A stretch of DNA of 64,000 bases from contig CAWDVP010000005.1 in assembly GCA_963805945.1 (NCBI GenBank), forward strand, positions 1 to 64,000, given 5' to 3'. A program made the position numbers and the translations under genes. The notes below the pieces were generated by a model that saw only the letters and a list, made by a program, of their open reading frames with translations, was not told where the DNA came from and made no database searches. Below are positions 29,243 to 41,685 of this stretch, piece by piece. This DNA comes from Vulcanimicrobiota bacterium. Lineage in GTDB: Bacteria; Vulcanimicrobiota; Vulcanimicrobiia; Eremiobacterales; Eremiobacteraceae. Within the stretch, counting starts at the first letter, position 1, and the number at the start of each line of letters is the position of its first letter.

Positions 29243-30538
29243 TCAGACGGCGACCGGAGCGCCGAGCTGTTCCGGGTTCGTGATGAAGCCGGCGACCGCG
29301 GACGCCGCCGCGACATACGGCCCCGTCAGATAGACTTCGCTCTTCACGTGCCCCATGCGGCCGCGGAAGTTGCGGTTCGTGGTCGAGATGCAGCGCTCGC
29401 CGTCGCTGAGCACGCCCATGTGGCCGCCGACGCACGGGCCGCAGGTCGGCGTCGAGACGACGCAGTTGGCGTCGATGAAGATCTCCGTCAGCCCCTCGAT
29501 GATGCACTGCTTGTACACCTTCTGGCTGCCGGGGATGACGATGCAGCGCACGTCTGGATGCACCTTGCGGCCCTTGAGCACTTCCGCCGCCTGGCGCATG
29601 TCTTCGATGCGCCCGTTGGTGCACGTGCCGATGACCGCTTGATGGATCTTGATGTCGTTGAGATCCGACGCGTTCTTGGTGTTCTCGGGCAGCCACGGCA
29701 GCGCCACTTGCGGCTCGATCGTGGAGCAGTCGATCGTGATCACGTTCTGATACTCGGCGTTCTTGTCCGCGGAGTAGACCGTGTAGTTCTTCTTGCCGAC
29801 GGCGGCGCAGTACGCCTCGCTCATCGCGTCGACCGGGAAGATGCCGTTCTTCGCGCCGGCCTCGATCGACATGTTCGCCATGGTGAAGCGGCCGGAGATC
29901 GGCAGCTCTTTCACCACCGGGCCGGTGAACTCGATCGCCGCGTAGATGGCGCCGTCGACGCCGATGCGCCCGATGGTGGTCAAGATGAGGTCCTTGCCGT
30001 GGACGTACGGGCGCAGCGCGCCTTCGTACACGACTTTGATCGTGGGCGGCACGCGTACCCACATCTCGCCGGTGGCGAACGCCGCGGCGATGTCGGTGCT
30101 GCCGACGCCGGTCGCGAACGCGCCGAGCCCGCCGTAGGTCGTCGTGTGGCTGTCGCCGCCGATGATCGTCTCGCCGGGGCCGATCATGCCGTTCTCCGGC
30201 AGCACGACGTGTTCGATGCCGCCGCGCCCGACCTCGAAATAATTGGTGATGTGCTGCTCTTTGGCGAAGTCGCGCATCAGAGTCGCGAGCGTGGCGGTGG
30301 CGATGTCTTTATTGGGCGTGAAGTGGCTCGGGCACAGCGCGATCTTCTCGGGGTCCCACACCTTGGAGGCGCCTTTGATCTTGCGGAATTCGGTGATCGC
30401 GACGGCCGCCGACAGCTCGTTTGCCATGACGAGGTCGAGGTCGATGGAGATGATGTCGCCCGGGGAGACGTCGGCCTTGCCCGAGTGCGCCGCGAGGATG
30501 GTTTCTGTCAGAGTCATCGGCCGTGCCATGCGCGTCAT
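29243..30538 (-). CDS. leuC: 3-isopropylmalate dehydratase large subunit (type 2, aconitase family)
   Basis: MTLTETIL, GIEH, DSHT, ANMSIEAGAK, IGTCTNGR, CGPCVG, STTNRNF.GRMG. Confidence 0.92.
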   Translation of the reverse strand: MTRMARPMTLTETILAAHSGKADVSPGDIISIDLDLVMANELSAAVAITEFRKIKGASKVWDPEKIALCPSHFTPNKDIATATLATLMRDFAKEQHITNYFEVGRGGIEHVVLPENGMIGPGETIIGGDSHTTTYGGLGAFATGVGSTDIAAAFATGEMWVRVPPTIKVVYEGALRPYVHGKDLILTTIGRIGVDGAIYAAIEFTGPVVKELPISGRFTMANMSIEAGAKNGIFPVDAMSEAYCAAVGKKNYTVYSADKNAEYQNVITIDCSTIEPQVALPWLPENTKNASDLNDIKIHQAVIGTCTNGRIEDMRQAAEVLKGRKVHPDVRCIVIPGSQKVYKQCIIEGLTEIFIDANCVVSTPTCGPCVGGHMGVLSDGERCISTTNRNFRGRMGHVKSEVYLTGPYVAAASAVAGFITNPEQLGAPVAV

Positions 30539-30657
30539 GGACCTCCTGGGGGGGGGCCGAAACGGTGGATTCTCATGGTTCTTCGCGGGGATGGGCCTGG
30601 CCTTTGGCGGCTGCTCGGGAAGAGATTCGCAGCCTCGATGGCCAAGGCTTCGCCGAC

Positions 30658-30682
30658 GTAGGGGTTGATCTTAGATCGATCT
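30658..30682 (+). repeat. Degenerate REP-like hairpin
   Basis: GTAG GGGTTGATC TTA GATCGATCT; pairs with G-T wobbles. Confidence 0.45.
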
Positions 30683-30702
30683 GCATAGATGGAGCCCGCG
30701 CG

Positions 30703-31220
30703 ATGCTCACACGCAATAGACTGATGACATTGGTCGCCACCGTCGCCGCGATCGCGATCCCGGCTTCGGTCTACGCGTACACGCCGCCGCCGGTCTATCA
30801 GCTCACGTTGAAGAAGCCGGACCTCACCATCACCGGCGTCAAGGCTTCGCTCAAGCCGCCGTGCGCGGGCGCGCTGCCGACGCTGCGCTTCCTCGTCACC
30901 GTCGCCAACGTCGGCAAGCTCGACATGAAACCTGGTCCGGTGAATCAGGCGCTGGGCGTCACCGGTCCGTCGCATAAACAATACGCGGATCTGCCGTTCA
31001 TCGCGGGCCGGCGGCAAGGTCGTCGTCGAAATGGACTATGTGCCCCAGGCCGTCGAGACGCCGTCGTACCCGGACGACGCGTTCATGTTCAATGCGAACT
31101 CGAGCCACCGGATCGTCGAGTCCAACTACGACAACAACACGTTCACGTTGAAGCCGGCGATCGCGCCGCCGTATTGCGGGTCAGCACCCGCGCCTGCGTC
31201 TTCGGATCGGCCTTCTCTAG
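30703..31220 (+). CDS. Secreted CARDB-like domain protein (frameshift near 31006; end uncertain)
   Basis: Signal peptide; KPDLTI..., V.N.G, then IVESNYDNN in a second frame. Confidence 0.55.
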
Positions 31221-32024
31221 CTCTTCCCGAAGAACGAGGTGATGTCGAAGAACATGCTCGCCTCGTTGTGGCCGCTCTCGCAGCTAAGGTCGAGCTGGTC
31301 GTAGTGGTGGCCGCCGACCGTCAGCGTCGTCTGGTTCAGGATCAGCCACTGCGGGCAGCCGCCGCGGTGCGTCGCGTAATAGCGCTCGAACGCGACGCCG
31401 TCGGCTTCGGTGCGCGCCTGCACCACGTATGCGCGGCCGATGCTCGCGCCGTCATGCGGGTCCTGCACAAGCGGGGGGCCGGCGGGCGGCGGCCCGGGCG
31501 CCTTCGCATCGAAGAGCGAGATCGCGTGGACGACGCCGGCGTCGAATTCGTACAGCGACGAGAAGCCGTTGCCGTCGTCATACACGACGACCGCCGCGAC
31601 TTCGCTGAGGCGCCGCCTTCTCGCGGGCAAGCCGCGGCGCGCTTGCACCGAACCGGCTTCGTCGCCGGGCGTGACGCCCCACGGATCGGTCATCCGGTCA
31701 CCGGCCGGTGTCGGAAATCGGAAACGCGCGCACGTAGGTGATGACGCCGTCGCGCGCCGCGACGATCATGTAGCCGTTCTTGTCGGCCGTCGGGTACCAA
31801 TCGATGATGGAGCCGTCCGGCAGCGTGCGCACGAGCAGCGGCGGGCCGAGACGGGCGTGGATGTGCGCGAGCTGGTCGCCGGGTGCGATGCCCTGCCACA
31901 TGTACGCACCGGGCGGCGGCGTTGAAAACGGGGTCGCAGTGGGCGCCGGCGTGGGTGAAGGAGACGGCGACGGCGTCGCACTCGACGCCGCTAGAACGAT
32001 CGCCGCTATGACCGCTGAAATCAA
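31217..32024 (-). CDS. Hypothetical secreted protein (frameshift near 31706)
   Basis: TTG start overlaps the permease stop; signal plus PS/PT linker; two ORF-track pieces (31698-32246 part and 31217-31693) join into one protein similar to the C-terminus of 54827-55891. Confidence 0.55.
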
Positions 32025-33337
32025 GCGGCTTTGCGCTTCGCGAGCGACGCCGTGAAAGCCGGCGCGAGAAATCCGATGATGATGCCGAGGACGATGCAGC
32101 CGATTGCGGCGATCTGGTCGACGCGGCTCTGATCGTGGAAGTTCTTGATGAGCAGCGCGGTGAGCCCGATGGTGCCGATCGCCGGCAAGACCACGCGCGT
32201 GAGGTCGAACCAGCGCGTGCCCTTGCGCAAGAAGTAGACCACGCACGCGGCGCCCGTGGCGATGAACGTCATGCCCAGCAGGATCGAGACGATATTGTCG
32301 ACGTCGTCGAGGCTCGCATACACCGTGGGCTCGAAACCCAACAAGAGCGCCAACACGAGCGCGCCGAGCGTCACCACGGCGATGCTGAAGGCAGGCGTGC
32401 CGAATTTCGGATGGACTCTGCCGAACGCTTTGGGCAGCAGCCCGTCACGCGCGGCGGAGAACAGCAAGCGCGAGAGACCGAGCTGGCCGGTCCACAGCGT
32501 CGCGCCTGTGGACACGATCACGGTGAGCACCATCGCCCACGTGCGCCAGCCGCCGCCGAGCTGATCGGCGACATAGGCAAGTGTATCGGTGGCGTGCGCG
32601 GCAAGGCCGGAAAGCGGCGCGACGCGCATGAATGCGACCGCGCACACCAGCATGAGCGCGGTCGTGGCGATCAAGGCGACCAGTGCGCTTCGCCCCGGTT
32701 GGCGCGTTGAGCCCGTGTTCTCCTCGGACGTATAGGTGGAGATCTCCCAGCCATCCGCGACCCAGATCGCCAGCACCATGGCGGTGAGAAAACCAGAACC
32801 GCCGCCTGTGCCCCAAGTGAGCAGCGATCCCGTGTGGCCGCCGGGGACGACGGGATGCATGAGCGCGAAGGCTGCGAAGAGCAGCAACGCGCCGACTTCG
32901 AGGATGAGGAAGACGGCCGAAGCGTCGGCGGTCGGGCGCATGCCCCACGCGAGCAGTAAGCCGGCGGCCAAGATCCACGCACTGCCGACGACCGCCACCG
33001 CGAGCGGATTGTCAGCCGCTTGTGGTCCCACCAGATGCAGCGGGCTGTTGAGGAAACGCAACGTGTAGACGCCCGCAGGCACCACGGTGGCCATCGCTGC
33101 GCCGAAGTACGAGAGCATCACGATCCAGCCTGAGAACGCCCCTGTGCGCGTGCCGAACGCGAGGCGTGCCCACGCATAGGTCGACCCGGCATCGGGGCAT
33201 TCCTCGCACATGCGATGGAACGCGATCGCGATGAACATGACGGGCACGGTGAGGATGACGAGCGCGAGCGGCGCGCCTGCGCCGGCGGCTGCGATCATCA
33301 GTCCGAAGGTGGCCGCGATGGAATACGCGGGCGCCAT
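32021..33337 (-). CDS. APC family amino acid permease
   Basis: Multiple TM helices; PDAGSTY, DGWE....SEE, SRLLFSAARDG.LP, HPKFGTP; frame stays open upstream (LARVLGFVDL) so the true start may be earlier. Confidence 0.9.
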   Translation of the reverse strand: MAPAYSIAATFGLMIAAAGAGAPLALVILTVPVMFIAIAFHRMCEECPDAGSTYAWARLAFGTRTGAFSGWIVMLSYFGAAMATVVPAGVYTLRFLNSPLHLVGPQAADNPLAVAVVGSAWILAAGLLLAWGMRPTADASAVFLILEVGALLLFAAFALMHPVVPGGHTGSLLTWGTGGGSGFLTAMVLAIWVADGWEISTYTSEENTGSTRQPGRSALVALIATTALMLVCAVAFMRVAPLSGLAAHATDTLAYVADQLGGGWRTWAMVLTVIVSTGATLWTGQLGLSRLLFSAARDGLLPKAFGRVHPKFGTPAFSIAVVTLGALVLALLLGFEPTVYASLDDVDNIVSILLGMTFIATGAACVVYFLRKGTRWFDLTRVVLPAIGTIGLTALLIKNFHDQSRVDQIAAIGCIVLGIIIGFLAPAFTASLAKRKAA

Positions 33338-33454
33338 ACTGGCGGACGACAGAATGGAAAGATCGACGAACCCGAGGACGCGAGCGAGGGTTGCCGGCGG
33401 CGCTATGCTCGCACGTGGAGACGCCGCTACCGCGAGGTTATCTATTTCTGTGAC

Positions 33455-34969
33455 TCATGGCGTGTTTTGCAGCGTGTGGAGCGCGTTCAATCTTCCGGCA
33501 CCTTCCTTTGGAATGCAGGCGGGAACGCCGAAGCAGATGTCATCGGCGTTCGATTGGAGCACCGTACGTATGATGCCCGGCGCGAGGCTCCCATCGATGC
33601 TGTACATCAGCGCGACGACGCCCGACACGTGCGGCGTCGCTTGGGACGTCCCTGCGATGAGCACCGAGTGATGGCCGGGCTGGATCGCGGTGGTCGAATA
33701 GTTGTTGAAGATCCACTGGAGGAAGTCGACGCAGGCCTGCACCTTGCAGTTCTGCTGCGCGGTGTCGGGATCGCCGCCCGGCGCCACGAGTGCCAGGCCG
33801 TTGCCGTTGTTCGGCCCGCTGCCCCAGTTCGAATAGCTCGCGATCTTCTCCACCGCCGGGCTCACGGCATCGTTGAGCGCGCTTGCGCCGACGGCGATCG
33901 CGCCGTTGCAGTTCGCCGGCGCTGAGAGGTTCGACGCGCCATCGTTGCCGGCCGCGACGATGACCGCGACGTTATGCGCGACCGCGTTGCTGATCGCCGC
34001 GCCCTCGACGCCCGTATCGCACGGCTGAGCAGCACCGAGGCTGAGATTGACGACCTTCGCGCCGTGCGTGACCGCCCAATCGATGCCCGACGCGATGTCG
34101 GCGGTGCTCGCACCGGGCGTCGGGTTTGCGACCGAGGGCGTCGGGAAGACGCGCACCTCGAGCAATTCGATATTCCAACCCACGCCCGGGAAACGCAGGC
34201 TGTTGTTGGTCACCGCTGCGGCGATGGCGCTGACGTTGGTGCCGTGCCCGTCGCCGTCTTGTGCGACTGCGTTGGTGTCTTGCGAGCCGCTGCCGAGATC
34301 GAAGACCGCGCTGTTGACGACCTTCTGGCAGACGTCCGCGTTGTTCGCATCGTAGCCGGTGTCGACCACGGCGATAGTGATGGAGCTGCTGCCCTCGGTT
34401 ATACCCCATGCCGCCGGCATCTGCGTGTAGTACATATCCCATTGTGTCGGCGTGTTGGTGGGCGTCGGATAGGGCGGGCCTGCCCCGAAATCTGGATCGT
34501 TGGGGATGACTTCGGTGTAGCGCGCCAAGATCGGCTTGGCCTCGGCGATGCCTTGCGTATGGGTGATCGCGGCGGCGGCGACTTCTGGATCCGACTGCGG
34601 CGGTATGCTATACGCAGCGAAGCCGCGCGGACTCGTCGGCCCCACCGCCTGCGCGTTGATGCGCGTCAGCGCGGCCGCGACCGCCGGCTCGGTGCCCGTG
34701 CCCGTGAAGCGCACGAGGATCTTGCCGGGGATGAAGCGCGCTTGCGGGCCGCGCGCCGGCGCGCGAGTGAGAATCGGCTCGTTGTCGATGCTCTGCTGCG
34801 CGATGCTGGCCGCACCGGAATTGCAGCCGACGAGCGGCGTCGTGCCGGGCGTCGGGGTCGAGCCGCCGCCGGTCGTGCTCTTGCTGCCGCACGCCGCGAC
34901 GATGGCCGCGAAAATCATGAGGCCGCAGAACAACAAGATGGGCGATGACGCGCCCAAAGAAGGCTTCAT
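33455..34969 (-). CDS. S8 subtilisin-like serine peptidase, lipoprotein
   Basis: Lipobox VAAC; triad VVDTG / GHGTNV / GTSQATPHV; AAGN oxyanion. Confidence 0.92.
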   Translation of the reverse strand: MKPSLGASSPILLFCGLMIFAAIVAACGSKSTTGGGSTPTPGTTPLVGCNSGAASIAQQSIDNEPILTRAPARGPQARFIPGKILVRFTGTGTEPAVAAALTRINAQAVGPTSPRGFAAYSIPPQSDPEVAAAAITHTQGIAEAKPILARYTEVIPNDPDFGAGPPYPTPTNTPTQWDMYYTQMPAAWGITEGSSSITIAVVDTGYDANNADVCQKVVNSAVFDLGSGSQDTNAVAQDGDGHGTNVSAIAAAVTNNSLRFPGVGWNIELLEVRVFPTPSVANPTPGASTADIASGIDWAVTHGAKVVNLSLGAAQPCDTGVEGAAISNAVAHNVAVIVAAGNDGASNLSAPANCNGAIAVGASALNDAVSPAVEKIASYSNWGSGPNNGNGLALVAPGGDPDTAQQNCKVQACVDFLQWIFNNYSTTAIQPGHHSVLIAGTSQATPHVSGVVALMYSIDGSLAPGIIRTVLQSNADDICFGVPACIPKEGAGRLNALHTLQNTP

Positions 34970-35032
34970 TCAGCGCCGTTTTTCTGAGGCCGGACCAGAC
35001 GGACCTTTAGCGGACTGGTTAAGGGTTTGGAG

Positions 35033-36661
35033 CTAGAATCCGCCGATGCCGTTGGGCGTGCCGTTGCCCGTCGGGCCGTCAAAACCGGTGCCGGCGTCGC
35101 AGATGAACGTGCCCGTGTAATCGGTCAGATAGGCTCCCGTCGGCGTGCACGGCCCGTCGTTGCCGAGCAGCACGTCGTGGAACGAGGCAGTGTGGGAGTA
35201 CGAGTACGAGCCGTCGTTGATCGACGCGTAGTTGCCGGCGAGCGCATAGACGCTGGCGATGATGGGCGTCGCGACGCTCGTGCCGCCGTAGACGACCCAA
35301 CCGCCCGCTCCATAGGTCTGATAGACGGCGACGCCCGTGCCCGGGTCGCCCACAGCGGCCACGTCATTTTCGATGCGGTTGCTGCACACGCTCGTGTAGG
35401 TTGGTCCGAGCGCTGCTTGCCAGGCGGGCTGAGGTTCGTAGAGGCTGCAAAGGCTTCCGGTACCCTCAGTGCCAGGGATCGAGTTCCACACGCTTTCCGA
35501 TTGCGAAGGCTGTCCGGCATTGATCAGCCGCGTGCCGCCGACCGAGGTGACGTACGCGCCGGCTGCCGGATAACCGCCTGGATAGTCGCCGTCACCGGCC
35601 GCAAACGTCATCGGGACTCCGGGATGGTGGAAGTACGTCGTATCGGTAGACGTTTCTCCGGAGAATTCGCCCCCGCTCCAGCTGTTCGAGATGACGCTGG
35701 CGCCGCACAGACCGGCGGCGGTGTTCTCGGCCGTGCCAAGATTGAAGAACGAGTTGTCCGTCGCTTCGACGAGCACGATCTCGCAATTCGGGCAGATCGC
35801 CGACGCCATGTCGACGTCGAGTGATTCCTCGCCCGCCCAGCCGCTGTTCGGCCCAGGCAGCGGCGCCGACAGTCCGGATTGATTCACTTTCAAGAAGCAG
35901 CCGTTGGCGGTCGTGCACGCCGAAAGTCCGAATGTCGAACGATAGACGGCGAGGTCTGCTTCTGCATTCGGATCGTCAAAGGCGTCGACGATGGCGATCG
36001 TCGCCGCGGCACCGTTCGAGGCCGATGCTGAGGTGAGACCATAGGCCGACTGCAGGTCTGTCGGACCGTAGCCTGATGGTAGCGCGGGTCGGATGATGTC
36101 GGTGCGGATCCACGACATGCAGCGGGCGCTTCTCGGCCCTGGGGTCCCGCAGACACGCCGCGCAGGACCAGGTCCGATGCGCAGCGGTCGAACCGCGAAG
36201 GTCGTCGGCCGCGGGATGAAGCGCAGGCGACCCAGCATGCGGCTGATCTTGTTCGGGCAGCTGATCGGCGTGCCCGTCGGGGTCGGCGAGGCCGTCGGAG
36301 TCGGCGTGGGCGTGGGCGTCGGGGTGTGCGTCGGTGTCGCCGTTGGCGTCGGCGTTGGAGTGGGCGTGTGCGTCGGTGTCGCCGTCGGCGTAGGGGTTGG
36401 TGTGGGCGTGTGCGTCGGCGTTCCCGTCGGCGTGGGCGTCGGCGTCGGCGTGTGCGTCGGTGTCGCCGTCGGCGTAGGGGTTGGTGTGGCCGTCGGTCCG
36501 CCGGTCGGTGTCGGCGTGGATCCTTTAGGTGTCGGCGTCGGCCCTTGGAGAACGCTGGGTGTGCCGCCGCCACCGCTCGCGCATGCGACGACAAATATCA
36601 AGATCATCGCGGCAGCAAAGAGCGCGATGTGTGGGCCAAACGCGATGAAACGCCGCTTCAT
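35033..36661 (-). CDS. Sedolisin-like (S53) serine peptidase, lipoprotein with long Pro-Thr linker
   Basis: Lipobox [34 protein letters not shown]. Confidence 0.85.
   Translation of the reverse strand: MKRRFIAFGPHIALFAAAMILIFVVACASGGGGTPSVLQGPTPTPKGSTPTPTGGPTATPTPTPTATPTHTPTPTPTPTGTPTHTPTPTPTPTATPTHTPTPTPTPTATPTHTPTPTPTPTPTASPTPTGTPISCPNKISRMLGRLRFIPRPTTFAVRPLRIGPGPARRVCGTPGPRSARCMSWIRTDIIRPALPSGYGPTDLQSAYGLTSASASNGAAATIAIVDAFDDPNAEADLAVYRSTFGLSACTTANGCFLKVNQSGLSAPLPGPNSGWAGEESLDVDMASAICPNCEIVLVEATDNSFFNLGTAENTAAGLCGASVISNSWSGGEFSGETSTDTTYFHHPGVPMTFAAGDGDYPGGYPAAGAYVTSVGGTRLINAGQPSQSESVWNSIPGTEGTGSLCSLYEPQPAWQAALGPTYTSVCSNRIENDVAAVGDPGTGVAVYQTYGAGGWVVYGGTSVATPIIASVYALAGNYASINDGSYSYSHTASFHDVLLGNDGPCTPTGAYLTDYTGTFICDAGTGFDGPTGNGTPNGIGGF
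36267..36542 (-). repeat. Pro-Thr low-complexity tandem repeat (coding linker)
   Basis: [16 protein letters not shown] units. Confidence 0.85.
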
Positions 36662-36756
36662 ACCTTCCACGGGTCATCGTCATTCGAGGTTAAGGCCTTG
36701 AGCGGCTGTGATTTGCCGTCACACCTTGGAGTGCTTAGCGCGTGTGGACCTTCCGG

Positions 36757-38130
36757 CTAGAAGCCACCGATGCCGTTTGGCGTACCGTTGCCCGTTGGGC
36801 CGTCATAGCCCACTTCGGCGTTACAGAGCAAGAGAAGGCCGGGGCACGAACCGTTGCTTCCGGAGGTTATGTCGTTAAGGTTGCCGGTGTGCGCATAGGA
36901 GTAAGAACCGGCCGTGATGCTGGCACCGTTGCCTGCGAGCGCGTAGACGCCAGCGATGATCGGCGTCGACACGCTGGTTCCGCCGTACACGACCCACCCT
37001 GGGCTGGCATACGTATCGTACACTGCGACGCCGGTGTTCGGGTCGGCTACCGCCGACACGTCAGCGGCGACGCGTTTTCCACACACGGCGGTAATAGCTG
37101 GCAGAGAAGCCTGCCATGACGGCTGAGCGATGTAGAGACTGCAGTCGCTGCCGCCAAAGGACCAAACGGTTTCCCCGGTGCTCACACAAGGTCCGGGTAG
37201 TTTCGCCGTGCAGAGCGTCGTGCCGCCGACCGACGTCACGTATTGAGAGCTGGTGGGATAGCCGTCGAACGCCGTGTCCGGGTAGCCGCTATCCCCACTG
37301 GCGAAGGTGATCATCACGCCGGGATGGTTGAAGTGCACCTCGTCCGTGGCCTCCGTGTTGTATTCGTTCCCGTCCCAACTATTCGAGATGACTGTCGCAC
37401 CGCACGTGGTGGCAGCGGTGTCCTCGGCGGTGAAGAAATCTGTGTTGCCTTGGCTGTTCGCCTCGACGAGCACGATCTCGCAATTCGGGCAGATCGCAGA
37501 CGCCATGTCGAGGTCGAGCGATATCTCGCCGGCCCAGCCTGCGTCGGGCGTCGGGTAGTTGGTCGCTAGCCCGTTTTGGTTCACCTTCATGAAACAGCCG
37601 TTGGCCGTCGTGCACGCCGGCAGCCCGAAGTTCGACCGGTACACGCCGAGGTCGGCTTCCGCGTTCGGGTCGTCCTGCGCGTCAACTATGGCGATCGTCT
37701 GATTGGCGCCGTTTGCCGACGCGGCCGCCGTGAGATTGTACCAGCCCTGTAGGTCTGAGGGGCTGTAGCCCGACGGGGAGACCGCCGAATGGATGTCCGT
37801 CCGAATCCACGACTCACAGTGCATAAATCCGGGACCCGTGGGAGGACATACCCTACGTGCCGGGCCAGGGCCGATCCTAGCGGAGATTCTTGCGACGCCG
37901 AGGTGCGGTGTCATGCGCATCAATGCCAACGCACGCTCGGCTCGGTGCGCTTTCAATGTGCTACACGAGAGCGGGCCAGCAGTGGGGGTCGCGGTCGGCA
38001 TCTGCGTCGGCGGCGACGTGGGCCCGGTCATCGTCGTTCCGCCGCCGCCGCATGCGGCGATGAACACCATGATCAGAGCCGCTGCAAAGAAGACGATATA
38101 CGGACCGAATGCCGACACACGCTGCTTCAT
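36757..38130 (-). CDS. Sedolisin-like (S53) serine peptidase, lipoprotein (paralog of adjacent gene)
   Basis: Lipobox [37 protein letters not shown]. Confidence 0.87.
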   Translation of the reverse strand: MKQRVSAFGPYIVFFAAALIMVFIAACGGGGTTMTGPTSPPTQMPTATPTAGPLSCSTLKAHRAERALALMRMTPHLGVARISARIGPGPARRVCPPTGPGFMHCESWIRTDIHSAVSPSGYSPSDLQGWYNLTAAASANGANQTIAIVDAQDDPNAEADLGVYRSNFGLPACTTANGCFMKVNQNGLATNYPTPDAGWAGEISLDLDMASAICPNCEIVLVEANSQGNTDFFTAEDTAATTCGATVISNSWDGNEYNTEATDEVHFNHPGVMITFASGDSGYPDTAFDGYPTSSQYVTSVGGTTLCTAKLPGPCVSTGETVWSFGGSDCSLYIAQPSWQASLPAITAVCGKRVAADVSAVADPNTGVAVYDTYASPGWVVYGGTSVSTPIIAGVYALAGNGASITAGSYSYAHTGNLNDITSGSNGSCPGLLLLCNAEVGYDGPTGNGTPNGIGGF

Positions 38131-38173
38131 AGGCGTGCCTTTCCCAGGACCGCTCTAGGCAACCCTTTATTCC

Positions 38174-38724
38174 TTAAGATGACGAGGGGTTTGTGACGCG
38201 GCCTTCCTCATACGTGCCCCTGGTCAGCTCGTAATACGCCACCTCGAAGTTGTAATAGCGCCGCAGCCCGTTATAGGTGAGCCCGGTCTTCTCCAGCACC
38301 CGGCGCGACGCGGCGTTTTCAGGCCGCGCGACTCCGACGATCAGCTCGAGTCGGAGCGTCTCGAAACCGTGTTTGACGACCGCCTGCGCCGCCTCGGTCG
38401 CGAAGCCGTTGCCCCAGAAGCGCTGGCCGAGCGCGTAGCCAACTTCGATGAGTTCGGTCTTGTCGAGCCGTTGCAGCACCGAATGGCCGATGAGTTGCCC
38501 CGATGCGCGTTCTATAGTAGCCCACACTTGATCGCGCGGGTCGCGCTTCGGATCGCTCACGCGGGCGAATGAGGCGAGCGATTCAGGTCTCGAGCGCGCG
38601 GTGCCGTCGCCCGACAGAAAGCGCATGACTGCCGGATCCGAGAGAATGCGCTCGTAGTACGGTTCGAAATCATCCGGCGCGAACGGCCGTAGCAGCAGGC
38701 GTGGGCTTTCGATGATCGGCGGCC

Positions 38725-38728
<4 letters not shown>
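38174..38728 (-). CDS. GNAT N-acetyltransferase (RimJ/RimL-like)
   Basis: RLLLRP, EVGY.L...FWGNGFATEAA, N.ASRRVLEK.G; GTGA overlap with cinA stop. Confidence 0.9.
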
Positions 38729-39968
<1,240 letters not shown>

Positions 39969-39969
<1 letters not shown>

Positions 39970-40349
39970 TACTTGGGCTCGAGCAGCTCGACGACGATCC
40001 CGTTTGGATCTTCCACCATGGCGAGCGCGCGCGTGCCGCCGGGCGACTTCTTGGGCTCTTTCACGATCTTCACGCCGTCGCCGCGTAAGCGCTCGACGAC
40101 AGCCGCGACGTCCCCGTCGACTTCGAGCGCGAGATGCTCGTAGCGGTTGCCAAGCGCATACGGTTCGTGCGCCTCGAGGTCGTAGACAAGCTCGATGTAC
40201 GCGTTCCAATCCCGGCCGACGAACGCCATGTCGGCGTTGCCCTCGTAGTGCGCCTTGTCGAGGAGTTTGAGACCGAGCTTCTTGGTGTAGAAATCGATCG
40301 ACTCGTCCATGTCGTTGACGAAGATCGAGGTGTGGAGATATCTTGACAC
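39969..40349 (-). CDS. VOC family protein (lactoylglutathione lyase-like)
   Basis: YLHTSIFV, SIDFY, IELVY, HLAL.V, EDPNG..VEL. Confidence 0.88.
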
Positions 40350-40456
40350 GGGTCACGCCTTCCGGTGGAGCGGTCGAATACATTCGACCGTGCGAGCGCT
40401 CGTTTACTCGACCGTAGTTCCCGGCAGCGGGCGGCGGGAACCTCTCAGGCGAAGGC

Positions 40457-40867
40457 GTGCGGATGGTCAGGTCCGCTCTTCTCGCGTTGTTCGCGCTCGC
40501 TGCGTGCGCGGCCGTCGCGCTGGCGCAGCCAAGCGACGACCCCAACCGGCTCACCGTCACGCTCACGACCGACACCCCGCAGTACATCGGCCCATGCCCG
40601 ACCGTCATCGAATTCGCGGGCCTCATCGTCGGGCCGCCGGGCACCATCGTGCAATACAAGTTCACGCAGCGCTATGGCATCCAGCCGCCGCCATACATGC
40701 CGTCGGTGATGGCGACTATACCGCCATCCGGCCGGCTACATGTCTTCGATGCGGTCGTGATCGACGCCGCGCATGCGGGCGGCCACGGCGAGGATCTGGT
40801 CGTGACGCCGGGCGCGCTCACGGCGACCGCGGCGCTCTACGCCTCGTGCGTTTCCGCGACGAACTAG
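40457..40867 (+). CDS. Hypothetical secreted single-domain protein
   Basis: Signal peptide; YIGPCP...C domain similar to the N-terminus of 54827-55891. Confidence 0.65.
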   Translation: MRMVRSALLALFALAACAAVALAQPSDDPNRLTVTLTTDTPQYIGPCPTVIEFAGLIVGPPGTIVQYKFTQRYGIQPPPYMPSVMATIPPSGRLHVFDAVVIDAAHAGGHGEDLVVTPGALTATAALYASCVSATN

Positions 40868-40883
40868 CGCGTAGGGTCGCTCG

Positions 40884-41258
40884 CTAGCGACGCACGGGGA
40901 TGAGTTTCCGCAATCCTTTGTCGCGCAACAGAAGGCCCAGCCACACCAAGACGCCCATGATGACCGGGAAGATCTCTTCGAACGTCGGCGAGCCGGCGCG
41001 CACCTGGATGGCGGTCGCGCCGCCGAGGTAGCCCGTGAGCAGGACCGCGCCGAGCACGGCGGTGCGTGGAATCACGTAAAGGATGACGCAGAGCAGTTCG
41101 AGGACGCCGATCCAGAGCGTCAGACCCATGGGGAATTGGAGACGTGTCATCGCGTCGATGACCGGGGCGGGCTGGAACATATGCAAGCCGGCGTCGAAGA
41201 GCAAGAACAGCGCTGCGATCGCGGTGAGGATGCGGCCGGCCCAGAGGGTCGCCCTCAT
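40884..41258 (-). CDS. DoxX family membrane protein
   Basis: IGVLEL...LY.IPRTAVLGAVLLTGYLGGA; ATGA overlap. Confidence 0.9.
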   Translation of the reverse strand: MRATLWAGRILTAIAALFLLFDAGLHMFQPAPVIDAMTRLQFPMGLTLWIGVLELLCVILYVIPRTAVLGAVLLTGYLGGATAIQVRAGSPTFEEIFPVIMGVLVWLGLLLRDKGLRKLIPVRR

Positions 41259-41659
41259 TTTTTCTTCTTCTTCTTCTTGGCGGGCTTGGCGAGAACGCTG
41301 AGCTCCCAACGATAGCCGTCGGGGTCGAAGAACCACAACCCCATGTTCTTCGAGCCCTGCGCTTCGGGCCCGATCTCGTCGCCGGGGTCTTCCACCTTGA
41401 CGCCTTTGCGCTTGAGCTCGGCGAGCGCGGCGCGCAGCGCCTTCATGTCCTTCAAGTGGAATGAGACGTGGTCGAGCACTTCCGGCCGCGGCGTGCCCTT
41501 GAGCAGCACGATCGCCACATCGTCATTGCCGATGACGACGCCGCCGGGAAACGCGAAGTACTCCTTGAGGTTGAGGTTCTTCACCCACCAGCGCGCGCTT
41601 TTCTTGGGGTCGCGCACGCTGATGCCGAAGTGGCCGACGGTGCCGAGTCTTACGGGCAT
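41255..41659 (-). CDS. VOC family protein with poly-Lys tail
   Basis: GHFGISVRD, DHVSF, FFDPDGYRWEL. Confidence 0.88.
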   Translation of the reverse strand: MPVRLGTVGHFGISVRDPKKSARWWVKNLNLKEYFAFPGGVVIGNDDVAIVLLKGTPRPEVLDHVSFHLKDMKALRAALAELKRKGVKVEDPGDEIGPEAQGSKNMGLWFFDPDGYRWELSVLAKPAKKKKKKK

Positions 41660-41685
41660 AACGGTCTCCTAATCGTTGACGACGC

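Noticed and set aside
36267..36542. Repetitive DNA resembling an array (also 44940-45222)
   Set aside because: Coding Pro-Thr linkers; no constant repeat with unique spacers and no cas genes
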